64,000 nt of DNA, from contig CM022671.1 of the NCBI GenBank assembly GCA_012295275.1, positions 28,086,001 to 28,150,000 on the forward strand. Direction: 5' to 3'. The translations under genes were made by a program, and so were the position numbers. Every line of letters begins with the position of its first letter. Within the stretch, counting starts at the first letter, position 1. Source of the stretch: Chrysomallon squamiferum. Its lineage: Eukaryota > Animalia > Mollusca. Positions 12,701 through 27,393 of the stretch are shown here, one piece after another. The notes beneath the pieces were generated by a model that saw only the letters and a list, made by a program, of their open reading frames with translations, was not told the origin of the DNA and searched no databases.

Positions 12701-15700
12701 TCAATATAAAAAAGTAAATAATGATAATAATAATAATAAATTAATAAATAAATAAATAAATAAAAAAAATAACTCTGAAAAAAGTTGGTATTTCTCTAAA
12801 ACAATAGGAAAATTAACAAATAAGTAAATAATAAAAAATAACATTATTACAGCATTTATGTCATGGAAATGTAGAAGAAAAATGTGTTACAAAATGCACA
12901 AAATCAGTTTTGTTTATTGTTTTAAGTGTCAAGCATTTTTCTTATATAGCATTATCTCCCATGGAGATATAAACACAATCCTTTCATTCAAGAAAAAAAT
13001 TATGTTCAGTATGAATTTTCCCATAAACAGGTTTTGATTTGTATTTGCCTATGATATCTTGTACTTGGTGTATTTATTCAGGGTATTGTGGTAGATATTG
13101 AGGGTCAAGAAAATAGATTTGCAAAAGACAAAAAAAAAGAAGAAACACTTGTTTCTTTCTGGTGTGCATTATCTCAGTATCTGAATAAGCATGTGTACAA
13201 AGGAATGAAAACTTCATTACAGGTGACAATCACCACCTTGAGACTGAAACTGTACACAACAGCCAAGGCTCAAGAAACAAACTCCATTGATCTAACATCA
13301 GCAACAAACAATATCTCACAACTAATGCTGTACGTCTTTTGATTTATTTGCCTAATCCCATTGTGGACCTCATAAACACAATGGTAGACTTCCTATTGCT
13401 AAAACTCCGTCCTTATATATATTTGCTCCCCATTGGGGCCTCCTGCTTCACCAAGTCATCAATATCCCTACGCAGAAAGTGTGTATTGATTGATTGTCTC
13501 AATAAAACAGCTCGTATCTACTGTGAAATCTGTACTGTACATTCTTTAACCACACAAGCAGAAGTAGACAACACCAGCAGAAACAGTCAGCTTTTCCTAA
13601 AGGCAGATTTAGCAATAACTCATAATGCAAAACAGTTGATTTTACTCTAAGACTTAAGACAATAAAACAGCTCATAATGAGAAATTGTTTAACTACTCAT
13701 GAAGAAGCAAACAAAACAAGGAATTAAAGAGTTAACTGTAATATCCAGATCACAGCACAGATTACATCCTTTTAATAAGAAAATTAACCAATTTGAAAAT
13801 ACGTTCTTCAGTTGTTAGATAGTCAGTAATTGATTTTAGACGTATCTGACTGAAACATCAAGTGAAAAGATCCTGGCTTTCGTGGAACAATGTGTTATAC
13901 CATTAGCAGGCAATTACCTGCATGTCCATTATCAGAAAGTGGTAATGACCAAAACCTAATAAAATATTAAAATGAAAATTAAGAGAAAGGTTTTCATCAC
14001 TGAAGTTCTGGTTATTTCACCATAAAATGAAAATAAGCTGAAACATGCTTATTTGCAAATTATTATTATGGTCAGACATTAAAAAGATATATCTCTGTAG
14101 CTTACAAGTTATATTTTATGCCAAGAGAAAATCAGAGATAAGATGTACATGCATGTCATTTGATCAGGAGTTTTCAAAGTGGCTGAAATCAATCCTCAGG
14201 TGCTGATGAGATATTTCTGAAGGTTGAAAAATTGCCAGGGGTCAATTAAGGTTTTGTACTACTGGAATAATATAATTACTTAAGTTAATATTCCATACTT
14301 TGTCCAAAAAGATACAATTTTTTCTAATTGCATTCATAACACAAGAATATATTTGAGCCACTTGAATTCAGTCTTAATGAATCAGAACAAACAAGATGAA
14401 CATGTTGATTTATGACTAAAATGTAACAATTTGCAAACATACATTAATGTTCTTCTAAAGATCAAAAAGCATTGTATTAAATATTAATAAATCTACTAGA
14501 AATGTGGAACAAATCAATAAATATTGCATAACATTATTAACAATGTTTTATTATAATATATATTTTTCCTCTAATTATTATATTTTTCTTCTTTAAAGAA
14601 CTGGGCAATGTTAACAAAGAATGTCAAAGCTTATATCAAATGGATGACAGTCAGAAGATGTTTTTGGTTCCTAGGCATTAAAAACTGCTTGAAACATATT
14701 CTCTTGGTTTCTCTTGGTATACATGTACATATATATACATGTAAATATACCATACTAAATGCAAAATTTCAGCTCTTGAAGAACAAACCATAAACCAAGA
14801 ACAAAATAACACCAAGCTGGTGAAATGTTAGATATATGAATGTTATTATTAAACAACTGATAAGGACTGCCAGTTACATGCATTCCTTTGCAAACTCAGA
14901 CAAACAGATCAATTTTCATTATCTCACAATGTGAGTGTTTTTGTCACTTCTTTTCAGGAAGTGATTAACTTCTATACTTATGATACATACACTTGCTTGC
15001 TGTCAAAAAAACCACAACAACAACAACAAAAAACAAACAAAAAAACCCCAATACATGACAATATTAAAAGACTGTAAAGGACATTACCAATTTGGTTTAA
15101 GTGTATTTGTTTTCCATTTGATGAAATCATTATTAAAACTAACAAAGAAATTAAATTATGATTGATAGACAATATAAAATCCAGTCAGAGTTGTACTTTA
15201 CATGAATAAAGGATTCAATATACATTTTCTGTGGCATAGAGTATTTCCAAGAAGAACTGGTTACTCCTACATAAAAATCCAGATTTTCAGATTATCACTG
15301 CCATTACATGAGTACTAACTACTCATTATTAAGATAAATCAAGATCAGAAGAAAGAACTTTATAATCTCATTCATCTTAAGAAGGGTTTGTCAAAGCAAC
15401 ATGTTACTGTCTTAACAAAAACAAACAATAAAATAAAGAAAACAATTTCAACACTCCATACTGTATAGGTGAGTTTTCAAAAACAGCTGCAGAAATAAAA
15501 CATAAAATAATTTTTTTTTTTTTTTTTTTTTTACCTGATCAAAGAACTCTTCCATAAATCCACTTGTGTCCACATTGACAGCCACATCATCAGCATCATC
15601 TTCATCACTCTGGGCCTGTAAATAGTAATTGAAGGATATCTTTAAATCAGAAAAAAAAAAAAAAAAAAAGTATTTTCAATACTGATACCATAAAAGAATT

Positions 15701-17321
15701 TATAATATGTCCCTAACAAAACATGTATTTATTACTGATTGAGAATCTTTTATTTGAAATGTTTGGGACCAGAAGTATTTTGGACTCCGGCATTTTTTCA
15801 GATTTTGGAATACAAGTAGATGGCCTCAGAACAGTATATAAATCTAAATATGAATTCCATTTATATTTAATATGCTTCTTACACAAATAGTCTGAAGAAC
15901 CTTTTATACAATATTTTTAATAATTTCCACTGCTCAGAAAAAAATACATATTTGAGAATTTTAGATCATATTCTGTTCTGTTATTATTCAACAAGAACAT
16001 GGTATTAATGTTTCTAATCAGCATCCTTAAAAAATAATATGAAAACATGCCTTTATTATTCCTTTTATCTTTTCAGTTATTTGTTTGTTTATTTATTTAT
16101 TTTTATTATTATTCTTCTTTTTTTCTTCTTTTTTTTAATGGGCAACCAGTTCAGTTTTGAGATCACATGCTGTGGACAAGAAAAGCTGTCTTGATCTTGC
16201 ACTATGTGCCTTACTTTTTATTTTAGTTTTTTCTAGCACAATATAAACAAGTTAAGCACTTTTGCAGTCAATAGGTATTATATATTTATAATACTAATTC
16301 TGAAAATTAATCATAAACCTTTTTTAGGTATATAGATATAAGGCATACATGAGCAAGAATGAGAAATATTCCAGCTACATTAGCATTTTAAAAAAAAAAA
16401 AAAAAAAAAAAATATTTAATAATAATAATAATAATAATAATAGTAATAATGTTCTCAGAAAGACTGAATTTCTCATAATATTTAGCTAAGATCAAATCTG
16501 GATGAAAATTGATCAAATAATTCATCACGGTTAACAGTTCAAATAATGGCAGATATAAAATTTATTTTTAAAAAAAATCTCTATTTCAACATAACAGTTC
16601 TCATCCCTCTTTATTTGTATACACATACACACACATATATATATATATATATACAGTATACCCTCACCTGTTTGCGGTTCCCCATTCGCGGCCCCGCATA
16701 TTCGCGGGTTAGGCTCTTAACCCTATCGCATCGTATGCTGGTATACAATATCAAATTTTTTCAATTATTATTGCAATACAGTACGTATTTTTTTATAAAT
16801 GCATACACTGTATGTACAGTGCATATTTTTTGTGACCGTGTATTAATAATGTTATTAATTGCATATTATTACTGAATTGTATTATTATTACCTGAACTGT
16901 GCGTACTGTATTTATCTGTCTGTTTGCCTTTAAATTTGTTCCACTTTCTGTCAATTCTAATACATATGTTGTACGCATAGAAAATGACTTTACGGTACAG
17001 TAATACTGTATGGGTAACTATGCTATGCGGTGTTACTGTCCTCCTGTACTTACTTTTCTTTCTGATTAAAATATTGTTTCAGTACAAAATTAAAATGCGT
17101 TTACATTATCATTACTACATTAGTGAAATACATAACTGCATGCAATATTACTACATTATTACTGTATTAATGAGTAAGAGTGTCTTTAGAAAGTGTTTGG
17201 GAAGCATTTAGTACCGTATATAATCTCATAATAGATGTTTTAAAACTGCATCCAATATTCGCGGTTTTTCGCTATTCGCGGGGGGGTAAAGAACGTAACC
17301 CCCGCGAATAGCGAGGGAATA

Positions 17322-17360
<39 letters not shown>

Positions 17361-18897
17361 ACTAGATCCTTTCATTTATTACTCCACCTATAAACGCATA
17401 TACTCATCCAAATTTAAAAGGAGAAAAATAAACCCTCAGAAAATGGCTGATATTACTTTAAATAGCATATTAAAGAAACAAGCTACACAAAAGAGAAATA
17501 AAAAGAAGATATTTCATTAGACTCAGTCTTTTTAGTCAAAAACATCAGTGATAGTTTTGTTTAACAAATTAAATATATTTCATCATAATATAAACATTAT
17601 TACTACAGACTATTAACAGTACAGTTTTTATTGTATTTTTCTTTCATTTTATAATTACAATGACTAAAAGGACAAATTGATTGTAAACTATGTAAAGTCA
17701 CAAGAATAACAATACAGGACATTAAAAATTACAAATTCTCCAAAAAAATTATAATATTGACACAATCAAAGAACTAAGGTTTTTTGGTATAGGTTTTGGT
17801 TTTAATATTTTAAAATGTAAAATAAAAATCAGAATCTATTTGTCAGGTGGAATTTTAATATTTAATCCTGTACCAAAAAATTCACATTCTAAATAAAATT
17901 CAGATAGCTGTAAATTACTTCAACATCTACCATATCATTTATGTCAGTTTAGTTTGAAAAATGAAAATGTTTGTTTTTCAAAAAAATGCAATACCAAACT
18001 TAACATTTTCAAGATACATGTCCTGACATAAAACATTAAACATGCTTGTGTATGTGCATCTGTTAATTTTTTTAAAGATATCAATAATTTATTATGTAAA
18101 TGTTTTTTTATACCTTTAATTTAAAAATCTTGAACTGTTAATTACAATCTTAAAAAGTATTAAAACGTTTACAAGATATTATTTACTGACTTTTCAGTAT
18201 ATAAATTTAGATAAAAGTAATCTTACACTTGACCTTAACCCTAAACATTAAACCTAAACCTAAGTCTAGTCTGCCCATTTAATGGAATGAAAACTTGATA
18301 CTGACGGAAAATGTATTTTTTAAAATAATAAATATAGGTAACTTGAGCATGTTTATTGCCAATTTAAAAATAATATTGAATGGTACGTTGATACAAACGT
18401 ACATTACTATATTACAGTATATACTCATGATATATCTATAAATAAAATATACACACGATACAGCAAATGATATTTACTAAAGTACCTTTCAAGTTATAAC
18501 AGAAATGTCATATAATCGACTACGTAAAAATTTTAAAATAAATATATTAATTTCCATTTTATGACAAACTAAACACTGCTTGAATATCAATTACTGTGTT
18601 TACTAATTTATCTCTGATTCACCGGTGAAACAGACCACTCCCACCTATGCAGTTGACAGTTTAATGCTATTTCATCTTATTCCGTGGATTTCACAAAGTT
18701 CTACAAAACAGTTATGGCACGCTTTATATACGTTCAACCTATGAATACTTAAAATAATAAATGTCCAATTGTTAATGAAAATAGTGGCATTTTGCTTGGT
18801 AACACCTCCGTTAACTTGGGTTCACCAGTCGAGATGGCGAGTTTATCAATGGCCTCACACCTACCGCTTTTAGAGCAGCCAAACGGTCCTTCGTCAT
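6755..18897 (-). CDS. STX1A: Syntaxin-1 (neuronal t-SNARE), first four coding exons; the gene continues beyond the window start
   Basis: Exons 18865-18897 ([11 protein letters not shown]), 15535-15615 ([27 protein letters not shown]), 7246-7345 ([33 protein letters not shown]) and 6755-6829 ([25 protein letters not shown]). All boundaries are GT-AG and phases match. This is the N-peptide plus Habc start of syntaxin-1. The next exon was not found in 1-6754. Confidence 0.96.
10883..10952. repeat. Two-copy 35-bp tandem duplication
   Basis: TAAACATTCTGTGCTATATATTATGTCTTCAAATA followed by TAAACATTCTGTGCTTTAAATTGTGTCTTCAAATA (3 differences). Confidence 0.85.
15735..15995. mobile_element. Degenerate Tigger4/MER46 (Zombi)-like MITE
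   Basis: TA|CTGATTGAGAATCTTTTATTTGAAATGTTTGGGACCAGAAGTATTTTGGA...TTTTTTCAGATTTTGGAATA...TTTTATACAATATTTTTAATAATTT follows the Tigger4 5' consensus as I recall it. The right end is decayed, so the end coordinate is approximate. Confidence 0.7.
16654..17324. mobile_element. pogo/Tigger (MER2-like) MITE inserted in a (TA)n tract, syntaxin intron 1
   Basis: TA|CAGTATACCCTC...GAGGGAATACTG|TA. CpG-rich subterminal TTCGCGG repeats and an internal palindrome (TATTCGCGGGGG...CCCCCGCGAATA). Confidence 0.88.
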
Positions 18898-19845
18898 TTT
18901 CGCACCAGTTTACTAGTCAAAAAATGACTATTATTTGCAAATAATCCAAAATCTTTTTTCTAGGCCATACATTTAGGCATACAATGTATTGAAGCACAGC
19001 TCAAATGACAAGGATCAAATCAATACAATTTTAATATTTGCATGTACACCGTCTCCATTTTTGCGCATGTCAAGATTTCTTCTTCCGCTTCTTGATAAAC
19101 GCGCCACCTTCAAATTTGACAGGTGCCTGTTTAAAAGCTAGTTCATTATCATTTTATGTCTATTTTACTGTAGCTGAACATGCATTTATATAAATTTAAT
19201 GTTATTTAAATTTATGTAATTCTATTTAGATTTTTTTTTAGCTTCATAACAACGAATTTGCATAAGAAAGCATCTGTTAAAATTAACTAAATTTAATAAA
19301 AACGATTAACTGCTGAAGTCTGTAGGCAAGTACCATTAGAAAATTTAAATAAAGAAAATTTTGATTCTAGAATTAATAGATTTCAATATAATAGATTGTG
19401 TTAATAAAAACTTCGCAACATCCACATTAATCATAAGTGATAACATTTATAAATTAATGATGGATTGGTTTCGTTCCGGATCAGCTATTTTATCTTATGC
19501 TTTTCTTTAAAATCCAAAAATTATGTTCATACGGATGGCATGCTAAAAAAAGAAAAAAGAAAAGAAAAAAAAAAAGGAGCTGAAGACAACACTGCTGAGG
19601 GTATTCAATCTGAACATAGTTATGTATTTACTTTTACTTTGTTTAATATTATAACCATTAATAATTTGAAATATTAATATAAAATAATAATAATAAAATA
19701 AGTATTATAGTAGGAATTGCATTCTTTATTAGCAAGCATATATATGTGCATATACATGTGCATGTTGCATTTGTTTGTGAAGTGAGTTTATTTTATTTTA
19801 TTTTTCTTCAATTTATAAAATCAGATCAGATATATCGTAAGGTTT

Positions 19846-19846
<1 letters not shown>

Positions 19847-19884
<38 letters not shown>
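19847..19884. repeat. (CA)n microsatellite
   Basis: About 19 perfect CA units. Other simple repeats: (AAT)n at about 20860, 21003, 41016 and 61809; (TA)n around the 16654 MITE. Confidence 0.9.
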
Positions 19885-19886
<2 letters not shown>

Positions 19887-20475
19887 GATTAGCTGAAATA
19901 TAACTCATTGACTGACGAAACTGCATTTTGTTTTATTATTATTATATATATATTTTAAAGACATCTTTTATGCAATAAAGCATTAGGAATAAATAATCTG
20001 AGTAGTGATCGGCAATATGAATTGTAATTTCGCTGGAGCAATTTGTGAATGTTTTAGTAAAAGCAGAACTAGCCATGAAACTTTTAAGACTAACTCATTA
20101 TTTCAAATTAAAAATTAATTAAGAACATCAGCGTATATTGTAGCAGACGGAGAAAGTCTATTATTATGGCGCCCGCTGCTTAGTAGATTACATAATACGG
20201 CCTCACGTAATGCGAGTAACTCGAAACCTTAATTACATTTTTATTTAAACTTTAATAAATACTATTTAAGTTTAATCCGGTAAATCTAAAATTATTTTGA
20301 GACTGGTGGGCGTTCTAAATGTACAGTATTTAAAAGTGGATAGCAGAGCATTATATACTCACTTTTCTTTGATCATTTCCCACCTACAAATGTTATTTTC
20401 GTCGCATATGTTTCGCTATTGGTTTTATTTTTCTTGCTATTCAGTGGTATAAGGGAAATAATTCATTATAACTTA

Positions 20476-20937
20476 CAGGTACCGAACCATTTATCAGCCA
20501 AGCTTGGGACCGGAGGAGTTCTGGATAAAGGTTAAATGTATACTTCAAATACAAAAAATCAATGAAACTGTATTTAATAGAGGCAAATTATTATACCGTT
20601 TGATCTTTATTAATCCATTATAATTCTTAAAATATCTTTAGAGAAAAACATGTATTCTATTTTTATAAACAATGAAGATTAAAGAACAGAAAGAACATTA
20701 TTTAAAAGATACAGTTACAAATTAAGACAAATTTCTTAATACATTTAATAAAAAGAAGGGAGGAAAAAAAAAAAAAAAAAGAAGAAGGAAAAAAAAAATT
20801 AAAACTTATATTAGAAGATAACCTGTACCAAAATAACTGCTGCCAAGCGCCGAGTATTACAATAATAATAATAATAATAATAACCGGTTTTCTAGATTTT
20901 CCGGATTTCTGGAAGCCGGATAAATGGTTCGATAGTT
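20476..20937. mobile_element. pogo/Tigger-type MITE between syntaxin and Ran
   Basis: TA|CAGGTACCGAACCATTTATC at the left end; GATAAATGGTTCG(ATAGTT) at the right end (13-bp perfect inverted core). Subterminal GCTTGGGACC and TCCGGA-type repeats. Confidence 0.72.
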
Positions 20938-22777
20938 TATTTTATTAAAGGGTGCGGATGTTGATCAGACGTAAAATATAGGTACTAACAAAATTGGTCT
21001 CTATAATAATAATAATAATAATAATAAAAATAATAATAATAATAATTATTATTATTATTGTTGTTGTTGTTGTTGTTATCTTTCTTTCATACATATTAAA
21101 AAAAATAATAATAATGAAATTATTATTTATTTATTATATTATTTTATTTTATTGTATTTTATTTTACAGTAATTTAATACATTAAAAAAAAAAAAAAAAA
21201 AAAGCATTTTACTTGGAATTAGAATCCGGTTGCTATATGTCTGAGCTGCACGTGCTAAAATATTTCCCACGTTATCACTTTCCTCCTGTACTAGTAAATA
21301 CTTTGTATACGTATTATGTCGTTCTTCTCATATTGGTGAACATGTATTTTTACGGATATATATTTTTATCCCACCTTTAACATAAAGACAGAAATGAAAA
21401 AAAGCCAATAATTTCTTTGCTAAATATTATTAAAATATATTTGCAAAATACAAATTGCGATTTCATTGATGATTCGATTATTACGACATAAAATTAATGG
21501 AACTGTCTCTTTAATTATTTGCTCTCTTTTTTTGTTTTGTTTTTACAAGTATGAGTTTCGTCAAATTTCTTTGTATTTTATTTACCGACGAAATACAAAC
21601 ATTAACCAGCAGATAATTTTAATTACTAGTGTTTTGTTTAAGTCGGACTGAGAATTTGCATACAGGGCGCACCTAATTTTAAAGTTAGTCATTAAATAGT
21701 TTGGATGCCTCATCTATTTCATCGACTATCGTAAAAAAATTAGTTGTTGTATAAGCATTCACTTTTATGGTCCTCGATGGCAGCTGTTGTAAATTTTCTA
21801 CTAAATAAGTTATTTTGATGTTGTAACCTTGTTCGCAAAGAGGAAATCAGTTTTATGAATTGTTGAGTGCATATTTAACTTTTAAAAGTATCTGTAAAAT
21901 AAATTAACAAAATAATCAGATCATAATTAAGTATTGTTTTCTTTATTTGTATAGTTATTCTTCACTGGAAATTGAAAAGTATATATAGTCACCCTTCCAG
22001 AAGTGCAGTAAATTAAATGATTGATACACTGTATTTATTTATTTATTGGTTGGTTGGGTTGTCGGTTCGCTTTCTTCTAAGCTGTCTTTTCACGTTAAGC
22101 CAGAAATATAGTCCGGTTCAGCAATGAAATATTTGCATTACTAAATTTCTATGCATTCATATATTATGTTCGATAGCACTTTTTATACATTTATGTTGGC
22201 GTGATGTGAATGTGTAAAAGTATATGTGCGGGAGTGCAGCGTGTTTATGTATCTGCATCAGAGCTTTAAATTATATCATAACAGTAGTTCATTTTTATAG
22301 ATATGTAAATATATAAAAGACAGTATAATATGATATGAAAAAATTAAAAGGATAATACTAAATTGTTTAATGAGACTTAAACATTTCAAGTTTTAATAAT
22401 ATAAATCAAAGCAACTTCATTAAAGAAGTGACAAATGTTAACTGAATTAGAAAAAGATAAGATGTATTAAACATTAGAGGTGGATTCGAGATTATAAGAG
22501 AATGCATTAAAAAAATGAAAAAGAAAAAAATATATATATAAAAAAAAAAAAAAAAATAATAATAAAAAAATAAAAAAATAAAAAGAAGAAAGCTGGATTC
22601 CAGTGAATCGGTGACTCGTCGTTTGGTGGTTTTTTTTTGTTGTTTTTTTCTCGCAGGTAATGCTGGGCCGATTTTTCGTTATCTTATTCTGCTCATTCAG
22701 TGTGTTAGATTTTTTTATGTCAGCATCATTACAACCTTTGTGAATAAACCTGTGGACATGGATTATTTCGGAAAGTG

Positions 22778-22809
<32 letters not shown>

Positions 22810-22839
22810 CGTATAATTCTTGTCCTGTTTGAAATCTCC

Positions 22840-23090
22840 AATATCTCGCGAATTCGCACAGAGCGCGAGAATCTGGCAAGGATATCGTGAACTGAGCCTC
22901 TTGATTCGCAGATAGCCGATATGTTCCGAATTTCTACGATCGACGCAACTTCCGCATGGAAAATTACTCGCGCCAAAACCGGTTCAAACTGCCTAGAGAA
23001 AAAAGAAATTTTATGCGCATTCATTTTTCTAGTTCAGCTCCATCGTTCGGAAATAGATTTGTAATCCAAAGAACATCGTATACATCGTAA
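22840..23090 (+). promoter_or_regulatory. Ran promoter / 5' exon region, CpG-rich
   Basis: Sharp local CpG enrichment. TCTCGCGAA and GCGCGAGA motifs at about 22844-22870. Canonical E2F site (CGCGCCAAAA = TTTTGGCGCG) at 22969-22978. TTCAAA (reverse CHR) at 22983-22988. Donor at 23087. Confidence 0.65.
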
Positions 23091-24038
23091 GTCTTTTCGT
23101 GATGATTAATCGTGGAAACTGTAAATTTTAAAGAGATTGTTAATATATGTTGCTCTTGAAATAGAAAATAAATCCGCTAACTGGAATTTTCCCCTCAACG
23201 GTCATAATTATTTACAATATTCAGGAAATGTAATAATTTTATATGATAAAAATTGTGTTTAAATATAATGTGATAACATAAAATGAACAATTTTGGACAC
23301 AGTCTTGAAGAAATTAATAAATGGGACTAGGGCGCCTGAACTGGAAACGAAAATCGGAATGAATAACAACTAATATTAATATAAAAAGTTGTATAGACTA
23401 GAGCAGACACATTATGATTGTTGTTATGCAACTTACGGTATAAACAATAAGAAACTGTTTTTTTTTATTTAACCATTCATTTGGTACGTGAATCCGTAAA
23501 CCTGTACTTTCTTTTCTGACGTTTTTTTCAAATCGTACTACAATTTGAATTTATATCAAGCTTATTGTTATGATCATATGTTTTCATTCTTTTTCGATTA
23601 CTTTGAATTTGAAGATCGATCTTTTTTTATTCGTTTGTTTTTGTTTTTAATACTCTCAAATGATTTTAACTGGATTTAAATACGACAACCATAATCTAAG
23701 ATGTTAAATGGCAGATAAAATTGTATACTGAAATTTTGGATATTCATCACATTACGGTTTGTGTTATGATCATTCAACCACCATTTACTGATTTAGGTAG
23801 CAGAATGAGAATGTGAAGTAAACATTTATACTTACTAGCCTTCATTTTTCAGTAAATCATTTTTGTTTATATATATAGCTGAAATATCAACTTGTTTTGC
23901 ATGACACATGAAACATAGTTGTGTATACATAGAGTAAGTAAAATTGTGTACTTGATCAGAATATTGTAATAATTATTTATTTTTGATTTTCTTATTAAAA
24001 TTTTAATTTTTTTTTTATCCTTCATAGGTCAATTAAGT

Positions 24039-26095
<2,057 letters not shown>

Positions 26096-27393
26096 GCAAG
26101 ATTTTAATTACTTTGTGGACTTTTTTTTAATAAAATGAGACAAATTCTTTGGCAGCACAGTGATTTACATGACAACTGAGTTGGATGAATAGAAATAATA
26201 TTCGACCAGGTTAAGTTGCATCAGAAGAAAATAAAATAACGGTCAAATAATGTGCTGTTTAGTTTATAAAATGGGTTAATTTTTGGAAGAGAAACAACAA
26301 AGAAAAAATATATGCTGTTCACCTATACTTTTGTGCTGTGCTTCAGTAGTTGATACATGACTACTTCCGACTCTGATAGTGGACTTAATCACAGGAGTCT
26401 TTCAGCGTGCTTTTAATACAGGAAATTAGCAGCAAAAATTCTCAGACTGTTTTGGATTTCATTATTTTTCTGTGTCTTGTGCGACAGATGTGTGCTCGAA
26501 GAGGAAAAGCTGCTTAGAACTATGAAATGAAATTATTTAAATGTAAGTTCTCACTCAGTGATGCCACATATTTAAAATAAAAGTTACCTTCAATTGTGGT
26601 TTTTGTTATTTTTTTAACACATCCTTAGTATATTACATGCACAAAATCTGATGGTTCTACCAAGAATATTAGCCTGTATAGAATACTTGGGCCACATAGA
26701 GTCCTACCAGCAAAGCTTGTTGAAGAACATGGACAGTATTTTCATTTTTCCTGCAACCCCTCTATGCAAATATTAAATAATTCACTATTTTATCATCAAT
26801 TTTATTTTATTTTGTTCATGAAGTTATGGAAATATTGACGTGGTTGCCGTATAAAAATGAGAGTACAGAATCCAGCATTAATGTATGTAACAAAAGAAAT
26901 ATTGAACTGAAAAGAACAAATTGAAAAATAAATACCTCATTTTCGAGTGATTTATAAATACTTGTATATACATTGTGAAACTTATCTAACGACAAAACAG
27001 TAAATCAAGCTTTTTAAACAGTTGTCATCAAGTACTAATTGGTAATTGTATAAATAAAGGACAACAAATATTTAAAGCACTGTAAACTAAACCAGTTTTA
27101 GAGGATGTTTCATCTAAAGAAAAACTGATGTTATAATGGAAATGTGTGTTAAATTTCCATGTTGCAGAAACTGCACTGAAACACATAATAAAATTCATCA
27201 AACTGTTTCATTCCTTGAACTCTGGGTTATTTACAATCTCAAGAAATATAATGGACACTTCAGTACATGAATATTTTTTTTATGAAGGCACATTGTGAGT
27301 GGAATGGAACTTGGGGTTTCAGCTGCATTATTTAATATACATATATATATATAAAAAGGTTTATCACAGACAATAATTTTAATCTAGAGATGA

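Noticed and set aside
18232-18270. Telomere-like CCTTAACCCTAAACATTAAACCTAAACCTAAG
   Set aside because: Only a few degenerate units; more likely a decayed simple repeat or transposon remnant than an interstitial telomere.
21640-22140. Octamer ATTTGCAT plus PSE-like TCACCCT suggesting an snRNA or Pol III gene
   Set aside because: The downstream sequence matches no snRNA, Y, vault, 7SK or tRNA that I recognise.
22467-23024. 185-aa minus-strand ORF
   Set aside because: Poly-Phe comes from A-tracts; it lies antisense across the Ran promoter and has no recognisable protein features.
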